Shown piece after piece: positions 8,875-17,991 of a stretch of 64,000 nt of DNA. The first letter of the stretch is position 1, and each line of letters opens with the position of its first letter. The notes beneath the pieces are model-generated. The model had not been told where the DNA came from, ran no database searches, and saw only the letters and a list, made by a program, of their open reading frames with translations. The stretch covers positions 3,515,641-3,579,640 of the forward strand of contig OZ245762.1 in assembly GCA_965227525.1 (NCBI GenBank), in the 5' to 3' direction. Both the position numbers and the translations under genes were made by a program. The stretch comes from Fulvivirga sp. Its GTDB lineage: Bacteria; Bacteroidota; Bacteroidia; Cytophagales; Cyclobacteriaceae.

Positions 8875-11733
8875 ATGAGAAAACTACTCTTGATTTTGTT
8901 GGTGATATCCGCCCAGGTTTCATTAGCACAAACCAAACTAATCGAAAAAGTAAAGCAGAAGAATGACGAGCTCGTCATACCTTACGAAAAGTATGTGTTA
9001 GACAACGGTCTTACACTTGTAATCCATGAAGATCATTCAGATCCAGTGGTACATGTTGATGTCACCTATCACGTTGGCTCAGCAAGAGAAGAATTGAATA
9101 AATCTGGTTTTGCCCACTTTTTTGAGCACATGATGTTTCAGGGTTCTGAAAATGTTGGTGACGAAGAGCATTTTAAATTTGTGACAGAATCCGGTGGTAC
9201 ACTTAACGGTACGACAAACCGGGATCGTACAAACTATTTTGAAACTGTACCAAGCAATCAGTTAGATGTAATGCTTTGGTTAGAAGCTGACAGAATGGGT
9301 TACTTACTACCAGCCGTAACTCAGGAAAAATTTGAAGTACAAAGAGCAACGGTAAAAAACGAAAAGGGCCAGAATTATAACAACCGTCCTTATGGTTTAT
9401 TTAGAGAAGTAAATGCTGCTTCCTTATACCCATATGGTCACCCTTACTCATGGTTGACTATCGGTAAACTGGAAGACCTTGACCGAGTGGATGTTACTGA
9501 TCTTAAAAAATTCTTTTTAAGATGGTATGGACCTAACAATGCTACGTTGACTATTGGCGGTGATGTAGATCCTAAAGAGGTTATTAGAAAGGTTGAGAAA
9601 TACTTTGGTAATATTCCTTCAGGCCCTCAGGTAGATCCTTTAGAAATCGAGCCTGTGTCAATCGACAGCGATCGCTATGTTTCTTATGTTGATAGTAATA
9701 TTAGGTTTCCCCTATTACTATTCACCTACCCTACCGTACCAAGGTATCATGAAGACGAGCCGGCACTTGATTGTCTGGCAGAAATCTTAGGAACAGGAAA
9801 AAGCTCGTACTTTTATAAGCAATTTGTTCTTAACCAAAAAGCCATTCAAGCCAGTGCTTTCCATCCTACTACCGAGTTAGCAGGCGAATTCACCATGTTT
9901 ACGCTACCATTTCCTGGTCAAACATTATCAGGTTTTGAAGATGAGATCAGAAACATTTTAGTTGAGTTTGAGAAAAACGGTGTAACTGATGAAGACATCG
10001 AAAAATTCAAGGCCAATTACGAGTCAAGAACCATCAATGGATTAGCTAGTGTAAGAGGAAAAGTAAGTCAGCTTGCTGCTTATGAGACTTTTAGAAATGA
10101 TCCGAATTTCATCCAAAAAGATTTGGAACGCTACTTAGCTGTAACGAAGGAAGATGTCATTAGAGTTTTTAACAAGTACATCAAAGGCAAACCAGCCGTT
10201 ATCCAAAGTGTTTTACCTAACGAGGAGACTGCACCAGCTAAGCCTGACAACTATGAGCCTCAGACAGATGGTGATAATCCATTCCCACAGACTGACTATG
10301 CCGGATTGGAATATACCAGACCTGAAGGTGATACGTTCGACAGAAGCGTAAAGCCAGAAGCAGGTCAAAGCCCATTGGTAAAAGTTCCTGAGATATGGAG
10401 AGAAGAGTGGGACAATGGTATAAAAATCATCGGTACGGAGAGTAGTGAAATACCAACTGTTGCCATTCAGCTCACTTTAAATGGAGGACATCAGTTAGAC
10501 GTTAATGATCCATCAAAAGCCGGATTAGCACAGTTGACAGCTTCTATGATGAATGAAGGTACTACTAACCTTACCTCTGAAGAATTTCAGGAAGAGTTAA
10601 GAAAAATAGGCAGTTCGGTATCTATTTATGCTGGCCAAAACAGCACGGTGATTTCTGCCAACACTTTGGTTAAAAACATAGACAAGACTCTAGAGTTGAT
10701 GGAAGACGCTATGAAGAATCCTAGATTCGGTCAGGCTGATTTTGATAGATTGAAAAAACAGCAGATAGAAGGTATCAAGTCTAACGATACCGATCCATCT
10801 GCTATCGCTTCGTTTGTTTATAACAAACTTATTTTTGGTGATAATCATATTTTCTCAGTGCCTTCTGCAGGTTTAGCAGAAACGGTAGAAAACATTACCC
10901 TTGAAGATGTAAAGGCTTTCTACAAAAACTATTACTCACCTTCAGTTGGAGAGTTGGTGGTTGTAGGAGATGTATCTAAGTCGGATGTTCTACCTAAGCT
11001 TGGTTTCTTAAAATCATGGTCGGGGCCGGAAGTTACCATTCCGGAGCTGAAGTTTAATGAGTCGGTGGATGAAACGAAAATATACCTGGTTGATAAAAAG
11101 GCTGCACCACAGTCTCAAATCAGAATTGGATATCTTACCGATCTGAATTACGATCCGACTGGGGATTACTACAAAGCCTACTTAATGAATTACAACTTAG
11201 GTGGTGCTTTTAACAGCAGAATTAACCTTAAACTGAGAGAAGAAAAAGGCTGGACGTATGGTGCAAGGTCTTACTTTGATGTTGACGAAAATCCAGGTCC
11301 GTTTACAGCGGCAGCTGGTGTAAAAGCGGCAGCTACTGATAGTTCTGTTTATGAGTTTATGACGGTGATCGGCAACTACAAGAAGAATGGCATCACACCT
11401 GAAGAAGTTGACTTCATGAAAAAGTCTATCGGACAGAAAGATGCACTAAACTATGAGACGCCAGGTCAAAAGGCTGGTTTCTTAAGAAGAATATTGCATT
11501 ACAACCTTGATGAGGACTATGTGAAGAAGCAGATGAAAATCTTGAACAGCATGACCAAAGAAGAAATCGATAAAATCGCTTCTCAGCGATTAAAAACCGA
11601 TGAAATGGTGATCGTTGTTGTAGGTGATGAAGCAAGCAATATCGAAGGACTTCGTAAACTTGGCTATGAAATAGTAAAAGTAAACGAGAAAGGCGAAGTG
11701 ATTGAAGACATGAAAATGGACACTTCGAAGTAA
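8875..11733 (+). CDS. M16 family zinc metallopeptidase (PqqL/pitrilysin-like, fused two-half)
   Basis: Inverted zinc motif HFFEH (9115-9129), NGTTNRDRTNY and LEADRM. Second half with LREEKGWTYG. Signal peptide present. Confidence 0.95.
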   Translation: MRKLLLILLVISAQVSLAQTKLIEKVKQKNDELVIPYEKYVLDNGLTLVIHEDHSDPVVHVDVTYHVGSAREELNKSGFAHFFEHMMFQGSENVGDEEHFKFVTESGGTLNGTTNRDRTNYFETVPSNQLDVMLWLEADRMGYLLPAVTQEKFEVQRATVKNEKGQNYNNRPYGLFREVNAASLYPYGHPYSWLTIGKLEDLDRVDVTDLKKFFLRWYGPNNATLTIGGDVDPKEVIRKVEKYFGNIPSGPQVDPLEIEPVSIDSDRYVSYVDSNIRFPLLLFTYPTVPRYHEDEPALDCLAEILGTGKSSYFYKQFVLNQKAIQASAFHPTTELAGEFTMFTLPFPGQTLSGFEDEIRNILVEFEKNGVTDEDIEKFKANYESRTINGLASVRGKVSQLAAYETFRNDPNFIQKDLERYLAVTKEDVIRVFNKYIKGKPAVIQSVLPNEETAPAKPDNYEPQTDGDNPFPQTDYAGLEYTRPEGDTFDRSVKPEAGQSPLVKVPEIWREEWDNGIKIIGTESSEIPTVAIQLTLNGGHQLDVNDPSKAGLAQLTASMMNEGTTNLTSEEFQEELRKIGSSVSIYAGQNSTVISANTLVKNIDKTLELMEDAMKNPRFGQADFDRLKKQQIEGIKSNDTDPSAIASFVYNKLIFGDNHIFSVPSAGLAETVENITLEDVKAFYKNYYSPSVGELVVVGDVSKSDVLPKLGFLKSWSGPEVTIPELKFNESVDETKIYLVDKKAAPQSQIRIGYLTDLNYDPTGDYYKAYLMNYNLGGAFNSRINLKLREEKGWTYGARSYFDVDENPGPFTAAAGVKAAATDSSVYEFMTVIGNYKKNGITPEEVDFMKKSIGQKDALNYETPGQKAGFLRRILHYNLDEDYVKKQMKILNSMTKEEIDKIASQRLKTDEMVIVVVGDEASNIEGLRKLGYEIVKVNEKGEVIEDMKMDTSK

Positions 11734-11756
11734 CAGTCACTAACAATATCTAAAAA

Positions 11757-11789
11757 GGCCTATCAGATGATGATAGGCCATTTTTTTTT
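11757..11789 (+). terminator. Rho-independent terminator
   Basis: GGCCTATCA-gatga-TGATAGGCC followed by A and T9, 24 nt after the M16 stop. Confidence 0.9.
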
Positions 11790-11793
11790 GCCA

Positions 11794-12154
11794 GTGCTGT
11801 CTGGTCTTTCGACAAGACAGCACGTTAAATTAACTAAAAGGGGCTGTTTTAAAAGTACCTGATAATCAGATTGCTGTCACATTGAGGTTCTCGAAATGTA
11901 TTTTGTGTTGCAAAACGGCTTCGAGTAAGTTTAAACCTTCCAGGTTTTTAAAAACCTGGAAGGTTCATGTCATTTTTCATAGAGAGCAAAACGATGGGTG
12001 TTTCAAAAGTATATAAAACCGTCACTCAGAGCGAAGCGTGGAGTCTTCATGTCGGTTTGACTCCTAATTTGAAGGATTCTTCACTGCGTTCTGAATGACG
12101 AAATTACTTTTGAGACACCCATTGTTAGTTTCAGATTGAAAGACCTGACAGCAC
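11794..12154. repeat. Composite REP/BIME-like palindrome cluster
   Basis: Hairpin at 11794-11823 and a perfect 32-bp palindrome at 11934-11965. Outer inverted pair 11794-11810 / 12138-12154 matches 16/17. Confidence 0.8.
11994..12122. mobile_element. Putative non-autonomous MITE-like element (129 bp)
   Basis: Terminal inverted repeats ATGGGTGTTTCAAAAGTA / TACTTTTGAGACACCCAT (17/18) enclose an internal imperfect inverted pair 12020-12046 / 12074-12100 (19/27). No coding capacity. Confidence 0.55.
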
Positions 12155-12183
12155 GATTCCAACCTGACACAGCCTTATCATTA

Positions 12184-14841
12184 CTATTCATATTTCAAAG
12201 TATCTGCCGGGTTGATCAAAGCAGCTTTTACAGAATGATAGCTAACCGTAAACAATGCCAAAATCAACGCTGAAACAAGAGATACAACAAACAATTGCCA
12301 GCTTAAAGAAATAGCATATTTAAAGTCACTAAGCCACTTGTCCATCACCCACCATGAGGCTGGTGCGGCCAACACAAATGAAATAAGTGCCATGATGGCA
12401 TATGGCCGATTCATCATTACCAAAATATCTCTAATTTCAGCTCCGAGAGCTTTTCTAATGCCAATTTCTTTAGTTCGGTTAAGTGCGTTTATTCCAGCCA
12501 ATCCAAACAGACCCAAACACGCAATTAATATGGCAAAAAGTGTCGCTACCCACATAATATTACTCCATTTCTCATAAGACTCATATTGTTTTGCCACGTC
12601 CTCATCTAGAAATGCAAAGTCAAATGGCTTGTCAGAAACCACTTCCTGCCATTTGTTTTGAGCATATTCTATGGTGGCTGGAATATCATCGGCTCTAACT
12701 TTAACAAGCATAGTTGTGATCTTACCTTCTTCCTCATCTAGAAACATAAACATGGGCTCAACTTCATTTTCTAAAGAGAGAAAATGATAATCTTCAACCA
12801 CACCTATTATCTTCCAGCCGCCAAGGCTATCATCTCGCCAGTTAAGGGTTTGATTTAATGGATCTTCCCATCCAAAATCAGCAACAAGTGCTTCATTAAC
12901 GATCAGGGTTTTCTTTTGGTCAGTCACAATTTCTTTATCGAAATTTCGTCCTTCTTTTAACTTAATTCCCAAAGTAGGTATGTAATCTTCATCCACACGA
13001 TAGGTATAGGCATTATGCAGTTCTCCATCTATTCTAAACCCATTTCTAGACCACCCTCGATTAAAGGACGAGTTTGTTCCACTCACACTCACTATGTTAT
13101 TATTTTCTGCGGTAGCATTTCTAAATCTCTCCACAGCCTTCTCACCCTCCTCTGTATACCCCGTATAAGTCGGTATAACCAAAACCTGGTCCTGGTTATA
13201 GCCAAGATTTTTGGTCGTGATAAAATTCATTTGCCTCAACATCACTACAGAACATATGATGAGAAAAGCAGAAATACCAAATTGAAAAACTACCAAAGGA
13301 CGTGTAATGGAAGCCCGCACTTTGGAGAAACTTCTTGATCTCAGCATTGATAGGGGTTTAAAGCCCGAAAGAACAAATGCAGGATAGATACCTGCTATAA
13401 TCCCAATAAGCATTGTAAATAAGAATGTAACGAGTCCGATTTCAAACATTTTATCAGTAAGTACAATGGACTTTGAGGTGAACTCATTGAAATATGGTAG
13501 AAACACAACGATTAGGCATATTGAAATAGCCATTGCTACCATTGAAAGCAAAATCGACTCAATCATAAATTGGCCAATCAGCTGTTTTCGGGCTCCACCG
13601 ACAGCCTTTCTAATCCCAACCTCGAGTCGCTTACCTGCAGAACTCGCCATCGCAAGCGCTATGTAGTTGATGCAGGCGATGAGTAAAATAAGTATGGCTA
13701 TACCTGATAGAATGAGACTGGACTGAGGATCGCTCACCCTGGTCCAATTTACATCTGCGTATAAGTGTATATCAGGCAAAAGAACGGCATCAAATTCACT
13801 TTTACTGCGTGGCTCATGTCCAGATTCTGCAAAGGTTTCATCAATCTTTGGCTGAATATATTTATTCTGAACATCTTGCAGTGACTGAAGTAATTGCTCT
13901 TTGCTCGTATTTTCATTAACCATTACAAAGGTTGGCGTATTCCAAGACATCCAGTTATCTATATTTCTCTCATAATAAGGGCGATGAACAACGCTGACAA
14001 AAGCCGCTCCATAATCAAGGCTTGAGTTGGCTGGCACGTCTTCAATAACGCCTACTACCGTAAATACCCTATTTACATTATAAATGACTAGCTCAACCTG
14101 CTTACCTACTGGATTTTCATCACCAAAATATTTCTTGCTTGTAGCGTCAGACAAGACGATATGGCTAGGGTCAGAAAGAAAACTGCTCTGACTCCCATAA
14201 ATAGTTTCGAAGCCAAACATGTGAAAGAAATCCTGATGTACGAAAGTGACATTTTCATTAAAAATTTTGTCACTAACCTTAAATATAGCAGAACTACCAG
14301 CACTGTATCCTGTAGCTTTCACTACAGCACCAGACTCCTCTTTCAAAACAGGAGCCAGCCCAGTCTGCACCCAGGCAAACATCTCCACAGGTTCTTCACC
14401 CTCTTTAGGATCAAAAATAGTTCGCACTGCATGCACCCTGTAAATACGATCCTTCTTTGCATGAAACTGATCAAAGCTTTTTTCATCCTGAATGAAAAGG
14501 TAAATTAAAATGGAAAATGATATGGCAATACTTAGCCCTACTGCATTAATAAATGAGTAAAGTTTTCGTTTAAGAATACTCCTTACTCCGATTTTTAAAT
14601 GATTTAGTAACATGATGTTGTTGATTATATTGAGTTTAAATTTATTTCTCAGCAGTATTTCAGGTCTGAAAAACTTTAACGCACCCCACCAGTACCTTCT
14701 TCTTGCCCGCTTTAGACCCAACTCTTCTACATCCACGCTAAACTGCTCCTCCAGGTCGCCTACAATACCTTCAAAAAGGTAGTCTGGGCAAACCCACTCC
14801 AGCAAATCTGTGATACGTTTTGGTGGACGGGCTTCTTTCAT
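12184..14841 (-). CDS. MacB/FtsX-like ABC permease with N-terminal permease-prefix domain
   Basis: Prefix PPKRITDLLEWVCP..FEGIVGDLEEQF. Duplicated FtsX motifs LIACINY..EVGIRKAVG and IACLGLFG..RTKEIGIRKALGA. Ends NPADTLKYE. Confidence 0.93.
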   Translation of the reverse strand: MKEARPPKRITDLLEWVCPDYLFEGIVGDLEEQFSVDVEELGLKRARRRYWWGALKFFRPEILLRNKFKLNIINNIMLLNHLKIGVRSILKRKLYSFINAVGLSIAISFSILIYLFIQDEKSFDQFHAKKDRIYRVHAVRTIFDPKEGEEPVEMFAWVQTGLAPVLKEESGAVVKATGYSAGSSAIFKVSDKIFNENVTFVHQDFFHMFGFETIYGSQSSFLSDPSHIVLSDATSKKYFGDENPVGKQVELVIYNVNRVFTVVGVIEDVPANSSLDYGAAFVSVVHRPYYERNIDNWMSWNTPTFVMVNENTSKEQLLQSLQDVQNKYIQPKIDETFAESGHEPRSKSEFDAVLLPDIHLYADVNWTRVSDPQSSLILSGIAILILLIACINYIALAMASSAGKRLEVGIRKAVGGARKQLIGQFMIESILLSMVAMAISICLIVVFLPYFNEFTSKSIVLTDKMFEIGLVTFLFTMLIGIIAGIYPAFVLSGFKPLSMLRSRSFSKVRASITRPLVVFQFGISAFLIICSVVMLRQMNFITTKNLGYNQDQVLVIPTYTGYTEEGEKAVERFRNATAENNNIVSVSGTNSSFNRGWSRNGFRIDGELHNAYTYRVDEDYIPTLGIKLKEGRNFDKEIVTDQKKTLIVNEALVADFGWEDPLNQTLNWRDDSLGGWKIIGVVEDYHFLSLENEVEPMFMFLDEEEGKITTMLVKVRADDIPATIEYAQNKWQEVVSDKPFDFAFLDEDVAKQYESYEKWSNIMWVATLFAILIACLGLFGLAGINALNRTKEIGIRKALGAEIRDILVMMNRPYAIMALISFVLAAPASWWVMDKWLSDFKYAISLSWQLFVVSLVSALILALFTVSYHSVKAALINPADTLKYE

Positions 14842-15170
14842 ATGGCCGCAATTTTTAGTTCTGGAATAAGCTTCCAGAGTTTAAGTTTTTGTTGTTGTAT
14901 TGATCTAAGCACACTTATTCCTGCGCTGGTAAGCTCAAAGTATCGCTTTCTCCTACCTCCTCTTTCCTTGGTAGCTCCACCCATGTGAGATTTCAAAAGA
15001 CCTTTGTCTTCTAACCTGTAAAGCGTGACGTGCACGGCACTTAAGTTTACTTTCCTATCAAGCTGACTCTTCACTTCCTCCACAATAGCGTTTCCATATG
15101 ATTCTTCTTTGAGAATCCCTACCATGGTAAGCATAAGCTCTTCAAATTCGCCTAAGTATATATTACCCAT
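14838..15170 (-). CDS. PadR-family transcriptional regulator
   Basis: YLGEFEELML..YGNAI..LSAVHVTLYRLEDKG..RGGRRKRYF. ATGA overlap with the permease start. Confidence 0.92.
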   Translation of the reverse strand: MGNIYLGEFEELMLTMVGILKEESYGNAIVEEVKSQLDRKVNLSAVHVTLYRLEDKGLLKSHMGGATKERGGRRKRYFELTSAGISVLRSIQQQKLKLWKLIPELKIAAI

Positions 15171-15177
15171 CTATTTG

Positions 15178-15248
15178 TATATATTTTGTAAAACTAATAC
15201 TCAAGATAATAATTAATTTTTATTTCTATATACTTTGTAAAACTAATA
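15178..15248. promoter_or_regulatory. Pair of 22-bp direct repeats upstream of padR (candidate promoter/operator)
   Basis: TATATATTTTGTAAAACTAATA (15178-15199) and TATATACTTTGTAAAACTAATA (15227-15248), 21/22 identical. Confidence 0.6.
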
Positions 15249-15270
15249 AAGTGACAAAAATTTTTTAATC

Positions 15271-15303
15271 AGTCGTCCGACCACTTTGAGTGGTCAGACG
15301 ACT
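15271..15303. repeat. REP-like hairpin (possible terminator)
   Basis: AGTCGTCCGACCACT-ttg-AGTGGTCAGACGACT (14/15 stem), 10 nt past the stop of the minus-strand permease. Confidence 0.7.
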
Positions 15304-15312
15304 ACTAATGTG

Positions 15313-17760
15313 CTATTCGTATTTCAATGTTTCTGCAGGTTGCTTCATGGCTGTTTTGATGGCTTGGTATGCAATAGTGAGCAATGCAATAACCAACGTA
15401 AGTACTCCTGTTAGAATAAATGTACCGGCTCCAAGCTCTATGCGATAGGCGAACGAAGAGAGCCAATCTTGCATAATGTAAATCGTAATAGGTACTGAAA
15501 CGACTAAAGCAATGCCAATGAGAATAATATACTCCTTAGAAAGCAAAATCAGTATTCTTTGTTCTGATGCACCTAACACTTTTCTTATGCTTATCTCTTT
15601 GGTTCTGTTTTCCATATTTAGTGAGGCCAAAGCAAATAAACCCATGCAACCAATTACAATGGCGAGAATCGATGCTATGGTTACAATTTTGCCCAGGTTT
15701 TGCTCTTGCCTGTATTGTGCGGCTAAAGTTTCATCAACAAATGAGTATTGAAACTCCTCCCCATCTGCTACCTTACCCCATGCCGTTTCTAACTCAGCAA
15801 TGGCGGCTTGTACCTTATCGCCACTTACGCGCACCATCAGCTTAGGTATAGGATTACTACCAATGCCAATATTTTCAATCCCTGCAGCTACCACCATAGG
15901 ATCCATCAAAAGTACAAGAGGTGTCACCTCGCCATGTAGTGAATTGTAATTAAAATCATTGACCACACCAATCACTTCATGGTCTTCAAAGCCATTACCA
16001 GGAATACGCATACCCACAGCATTACTCCAGCCATAAGCTTTTTTAAATGCCTCATTCACAATTATTGATCTTCTTTTGTCTGAAGTAGTCTCATCTGAAA
16101 AATTTCTACCCTCTTTCATTTCCATAGCCATAGTCGGTATATAGTTATCATCAATCGCCAGTACATCAAAAGTTCGGTATTTGTCGTTGGTGTCCGTATA
16201 GCCCACGTTGGTCCAGCCACCGGAGCCGAAGGTATGGTTTGCCAGTGCTGCACCCTCAACTGTCGTTGAGTTATTAAGTTGATTTTTTAACAGCTCACCT
16301 TTCTCCATTCCTAAATTAATACGATCAAGTAAACCCTGACCACCAACCACATTGAGCTGAGAAACCAATAATTGCTCCTTGTCAAAACCTAAATTTTTAT
16401 TTTGAATAAAGTTTAGCTGCTTTTTCATAAGCAAAGTGGTACTTATCAAAAAGATTGTTAGCACAAATTGTACAGCCACTAGACCTTTTCTTAGTCCTTG
16501 TTTTTTGCCACCTGAGATTTGTCGCCCTTTTAGTATTTGCGTTGGTCTGAAAGCAGACAGTACAAGTGCTGGGTAGCTTCCTGCTACCACACCAATAATG
16601 AGTATTAAACTAGCAACAACTGCCAGTGTAAATAGATTGACCTCGAGCAAAAGTGTACGACCTGACAACTCGTTAAACAACGGCAAGAACAAATAAGCCA
16701 GTGCGAGACCTACAAGTGTTGAAATCAAGGTTGTTACAATCGTTTCACTCAAAAACTGGGTGATAAGTTGCTTTCTTCGTGCCCCTACTACCTTTCGTAC
16801 ACCTACTTCTTTCGCACGGTTAATTGATCTGCTTATGGATAGTGTAACAAAATTGACAGCCCCAAGAAATAATATGAGCAATGCAATAGCCGACAATATG
16901 TAGGCGTACTGTGGGTCACTTACAGGTGCTATACCCGAAGGCATATCTGTATTGAGATGTATATCAGTCAGTGGCTGCAGGCCTATTTCATAAGTCCCTT
17001 CCTCATAGTCTTCACCCATTACAGTTTTAACCATTGTTGGGAATTTACTGACTAATTGCTCATGATCTACTCCCGGATTTAAAATCACGTAGGTCTCGGC
17101 ATTTACATTAAACCAGCTATTCAAAGCTCTTTCGCTAAACAGATCAGTATTGTTTATATCAGAAATCAACAGGTTAAACTGGAAGCTACTATTGGTCGGT
17201 GGATCATCCACAACAGCTTTCACGGTAAAAACTCTTGGCCCATTGCCAAAATCCATTTCAAGTGTTTCTCCGATGGCATTTTCCATACCGTAAAATTTCC
17301 TGGCTGCCGATTGTGTAATAATCACGCTGTTCTTATCTGCCAGAGCAGTGGTTGGTTTACCATATTTGGCCTTAAAATCGAACATTTCGAAAAATCGGGA
17401 TCCTACAACAGAAACGACTTCATTGTAGGCATCCACCCCTACTTTTATTGACTGACCCATTTGATTATATCGGGCAAATGCTGCCACCTCGCTATAGCTT
17501 TCCTCCACCGTAGGCCCAAGAGGAAAAGGTGTAGTGGTGTTGAAAAACTGCTCATCTTCTCCGTAATCTTCAAACACCCAGGCACGATAGATTCTATCTG
17601 CTTTGTCGTGAAACTTGTCGAAAGTCCATTCGTCCTTTACAAATAGCACTATAAGAATGCAGCAAGCTATGCCTGCCGAAAGTCCGGTAATAGTTATAAA
17701 TGAGTGAAGCTTTGTTTTCCAGATATTGCGAAAGGCAATTTTGATGTAGTTTTTAAGCAT
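15313..17760 (-). CDS. MacB/FtsX-like ABC permease (no prefix domain)
   Basis: MLKNYIKIAFRN start, AKEVGVRKVVGA, IGCMGLFAL..RTKEISIRKVLGA, and ends QPAETLKYE. Confidence 0.93.
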   Translation of the reverse strand: MLKNYIKIAFRNIWKTKLHSFITITGLSAGIACCILIVLFVKDEWTFDKFHDKADRIYRAWVFEDYGEDEQFFNTTTPFPLGPTVEESYSEVAAFARYNQMGQSIKVGVDAYNEVVSVVGSRFFEMFDFKAKYGKPTTALADKNSVIITQSAARKFYGMENAIGETLEMDFGNGPRVFTVKAVVDDPPTNSSFQFNLLISDINNTDLFSERALNSWFNVNAETYVILNPGVDHEQLVSKFPTMVKTVMGEDYEEGTYEIGLQPLTDIHLNTDMPSGIAPVSDPQYAYILSAIALLILFLGAVNFVTLSISRSINRAKEVGVRKVVGARRKQLITQFLSETIVTTLISTLVGLALAYLFLPLFNELSGRTLLLEVNLFTLAVVASLILIIGVVAGSYPALVLSAFRPTQILKGRQISGGKKQGLRKGLVAVQFVLTIFLISTTLLMKKQLNFIQNKNLGFDKEQLLVSQLNVVGGQGLLDRINLGMEKGELLKNQLNNSTTVEGAALANHTFGSGGWTNVGYTDTNDKYRTFDVLAIDDNYIPTMAMEMKEGRNFSDETTSDKRRSIIVNEAFKKAYGWSNAVGMRIPGNGFEDHEVIGVVNDFNYNSLHGEVTPLVLLMDPMVVAAGIENIGIGSNPIPKLMVRVSGDKVQAAIAELETAWGKVADGEEFQYSFVDETLAAQYRQEQNLGKIVTIASILAIVIGCMGLFALASLNMENRTKEISIRKVLGASEQRILILLSKEYIILIGIALVVSVPITIYIMQDWLSSFAYRIELGAGTFILTGVLTLVIALLTIAYQAIKTAMKQPAETLKYE

Positions 17761-17991
17761 GATTTTGAGTTTTTGACCTTAGCGAAGGTCTTCAAATCGA
17801 TCAAGCAACTAAAATGAAATGTAATAGGCTGACTTGTGTCTGTACTCAATTGTAAATTAAATGTAGTGAGTTGTTATAGCCTGATCAGGGCAATTCAACA
17901 CATCTCAATTAAATGTTACGATGATTTTAACGCAATTTGGGGGAGTACAAGTGTCGTTTAAGATTAATATCTTTAGCAAAAGTCTAAACCT

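Noticed and set aside
11934-11965. Perfect palindrome as an invertible-promoter or integrase site
   Set aside because: The arms abut with no intervening segment to invert, and there is no recombinase nearby. A REP interpretation fits better.
17761-17991. Long divergent intergenic region with repeated AATTAAATGT and a TGTACTC/GAGTACA pair; searched for a sigma-54 promoter or riboswitch
   Set aside because: No TGGCAC-N5-TTGC element or recognisable aptamer. The short repeats are compatible with AT-rich chance.
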